A model generated the notes under the pieces. It did not search any database. It saw only the letters and a program-made list of their open reading frames with translations, and was not told the DNA's origin. A DNA stretch of 64,000 bases from Nitrosopumilus sp. (GTDB lineage Archaea; Thermoproteota; Nitrososphaeria; Nitrososphaerales; Nitrosopumilaceae): the NCBI GenBank assembly GCA_965223425.1, contig OZ245003.1:1504001-1568000 (forward strand), in the 5' to 3' direction. This document shows, piece after piece, positions 63,180 to 64,000 of this stretch. Positions within the stretch are counted from its first letter, which is position 1; each line of letters starts with the position of its first letter. The translations under genes were made by a program, and so were the position numbers.

Positions 63180-63340
63180 CTAATTCACCGTCGCAAGGTC
63201 GGAGATGGTGGGCGTTGTCAAGAAGCTGGGCGTTGCCGATGTCAGTTCGGCGTTGCCGTCTGAGTCCATCAGGGACACCTTGACGGTGTATAGTCGCCCG
63301 TCGGGCAGTCAGTCAAATGGGCCCGGTGCGGACCTTAGAG
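63180..63340 (-). pseudogene. GC-rich fragment of an Ig-like (Big) domain
   Basis: LPDG..YTVKVSLMDSDGN pattern with adjacent stops. Confidence 0.35.
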
Positions 63341-63414
63341 TCATCATCAAGATTGTTTATCACAGTAACATATCACGTATTCATTTTTTAATAGTCACAA
63401 AATAGCAAAAACAG

Positions 63415-64000
63415 ATGACAGAATATCAGCTTGGCAAATGGGATCTATCAGAATTGGCAAAAAATCCAAAGAGTCCTGCATTTCAAAAACAAATTAGAGA
63501 GTTAGAAAAACAGGCTAAAAAATTTGAAAAAATAAAATTAGAATTAAACTCCAAAATGGCTTCCAAGAAATTCATGGATATTCTAAAAAAAGTTGAAAAA
63601 ATTTCTGAGAAGATGAGCAAAATTGGGGGATATGCATCATTATCATACTCTTCAGATACTCAATCAGATGAAGCAACATCACTTATGTCAAGAATGTCAA
63701 AATTAAATTCTGAAATTTCTAACAAGATATTATTTTTTGATTTATGGTGGAAAACACAAGTTGATGAGAAAAATGCAAAAAGACTCATGAAAGATGCAGG
63801 GGAGTTAAAAGAATATTTGGCGTACAAAAGATTGTTTGCAAAATATGCTCTTAGTGAACCCGAAGAGAGAATCATCAACACATTAGATGTCACAGGCATA
63901 TCGGCACTTGTGAAACTTTATGACAAAATAACAAATGCTTACGAATACAAAATGAAGGTAGGCAGTAAAACCAAAGCGATGACAAGGGAAGAGCTAACAA
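63415..64000 (+). CDS. pepF: M3-family oligoendopeptidase F (runs off the window)
   Basis: MTEYQLGKWDLSEL, YA.L..S.DT, ALSEPEERII; frame open to the end of the window. Confidence 0.8.
   Translation, partial: MTEYQLGKWDLSELAKNPKSPAFQKQIRELEKQAKKFEKIKLELNSKMASKKFMDILKKVEKISEKMSKIGGYASLSYSSDTQSDEATSLMSRMSKLNSEISNKILFFDLWWKTQVDEKNAKRLMKDAGELKEYLAYKRLFAKYALSEPEERIINTLDVTGISALVKLYDKITNAYEYKMKVGSKTKAMTREELT

Overview
Chromosomal segment of an ammonia-oxidising archaeon (Nitrosopumilaceae-like, inferred from cdvA, fen, tandem-domain thyX, psmB, cofE, thi4 and an archaeal tRNA-Ser(CGA)). Most of 2-8 kb and 27-60 kb is ordinary housekeeping sequence. An accessory island at about 8.1-25 kb lies between two same-orientation IS66 copies. 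It carries a minus-strand SspABCD-like DNA phosphorothioation operon (cysteine desulfurase, DUF4007, large P-loop ATPase, PAPS reductase) with no recognisable sspE. A converging plus-strand arm encodes a YwbE-Schlafen(AlbA_2) fusion, a PLD-like nuclease, an SF2 helicase (cut in its SAT motif by an IS630) and a MORC/GHKL ATPase; this arm is a candidate new effector module. Between sspC and sspD sit an RNase H-fold/DUF3800-like gene, a convergent structured non-coding element with its own TATA-like box, and two tiny ORFs. Elsewhere there is a 100-bp MITE sharing its ends with a decayed ISH3-like transposase. That transposase contains a CRISPR-like 37-35-37 bp repeat-spacer-repeat and is next to a MazEF-like pair. 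Other features are an H1-like repeat protein, a collagen-like protein, several small Cys-rich ORFs absent from the ORF track, and several pseudogene remnants. All family calls come from reading motifs by eye; no database searches were run.
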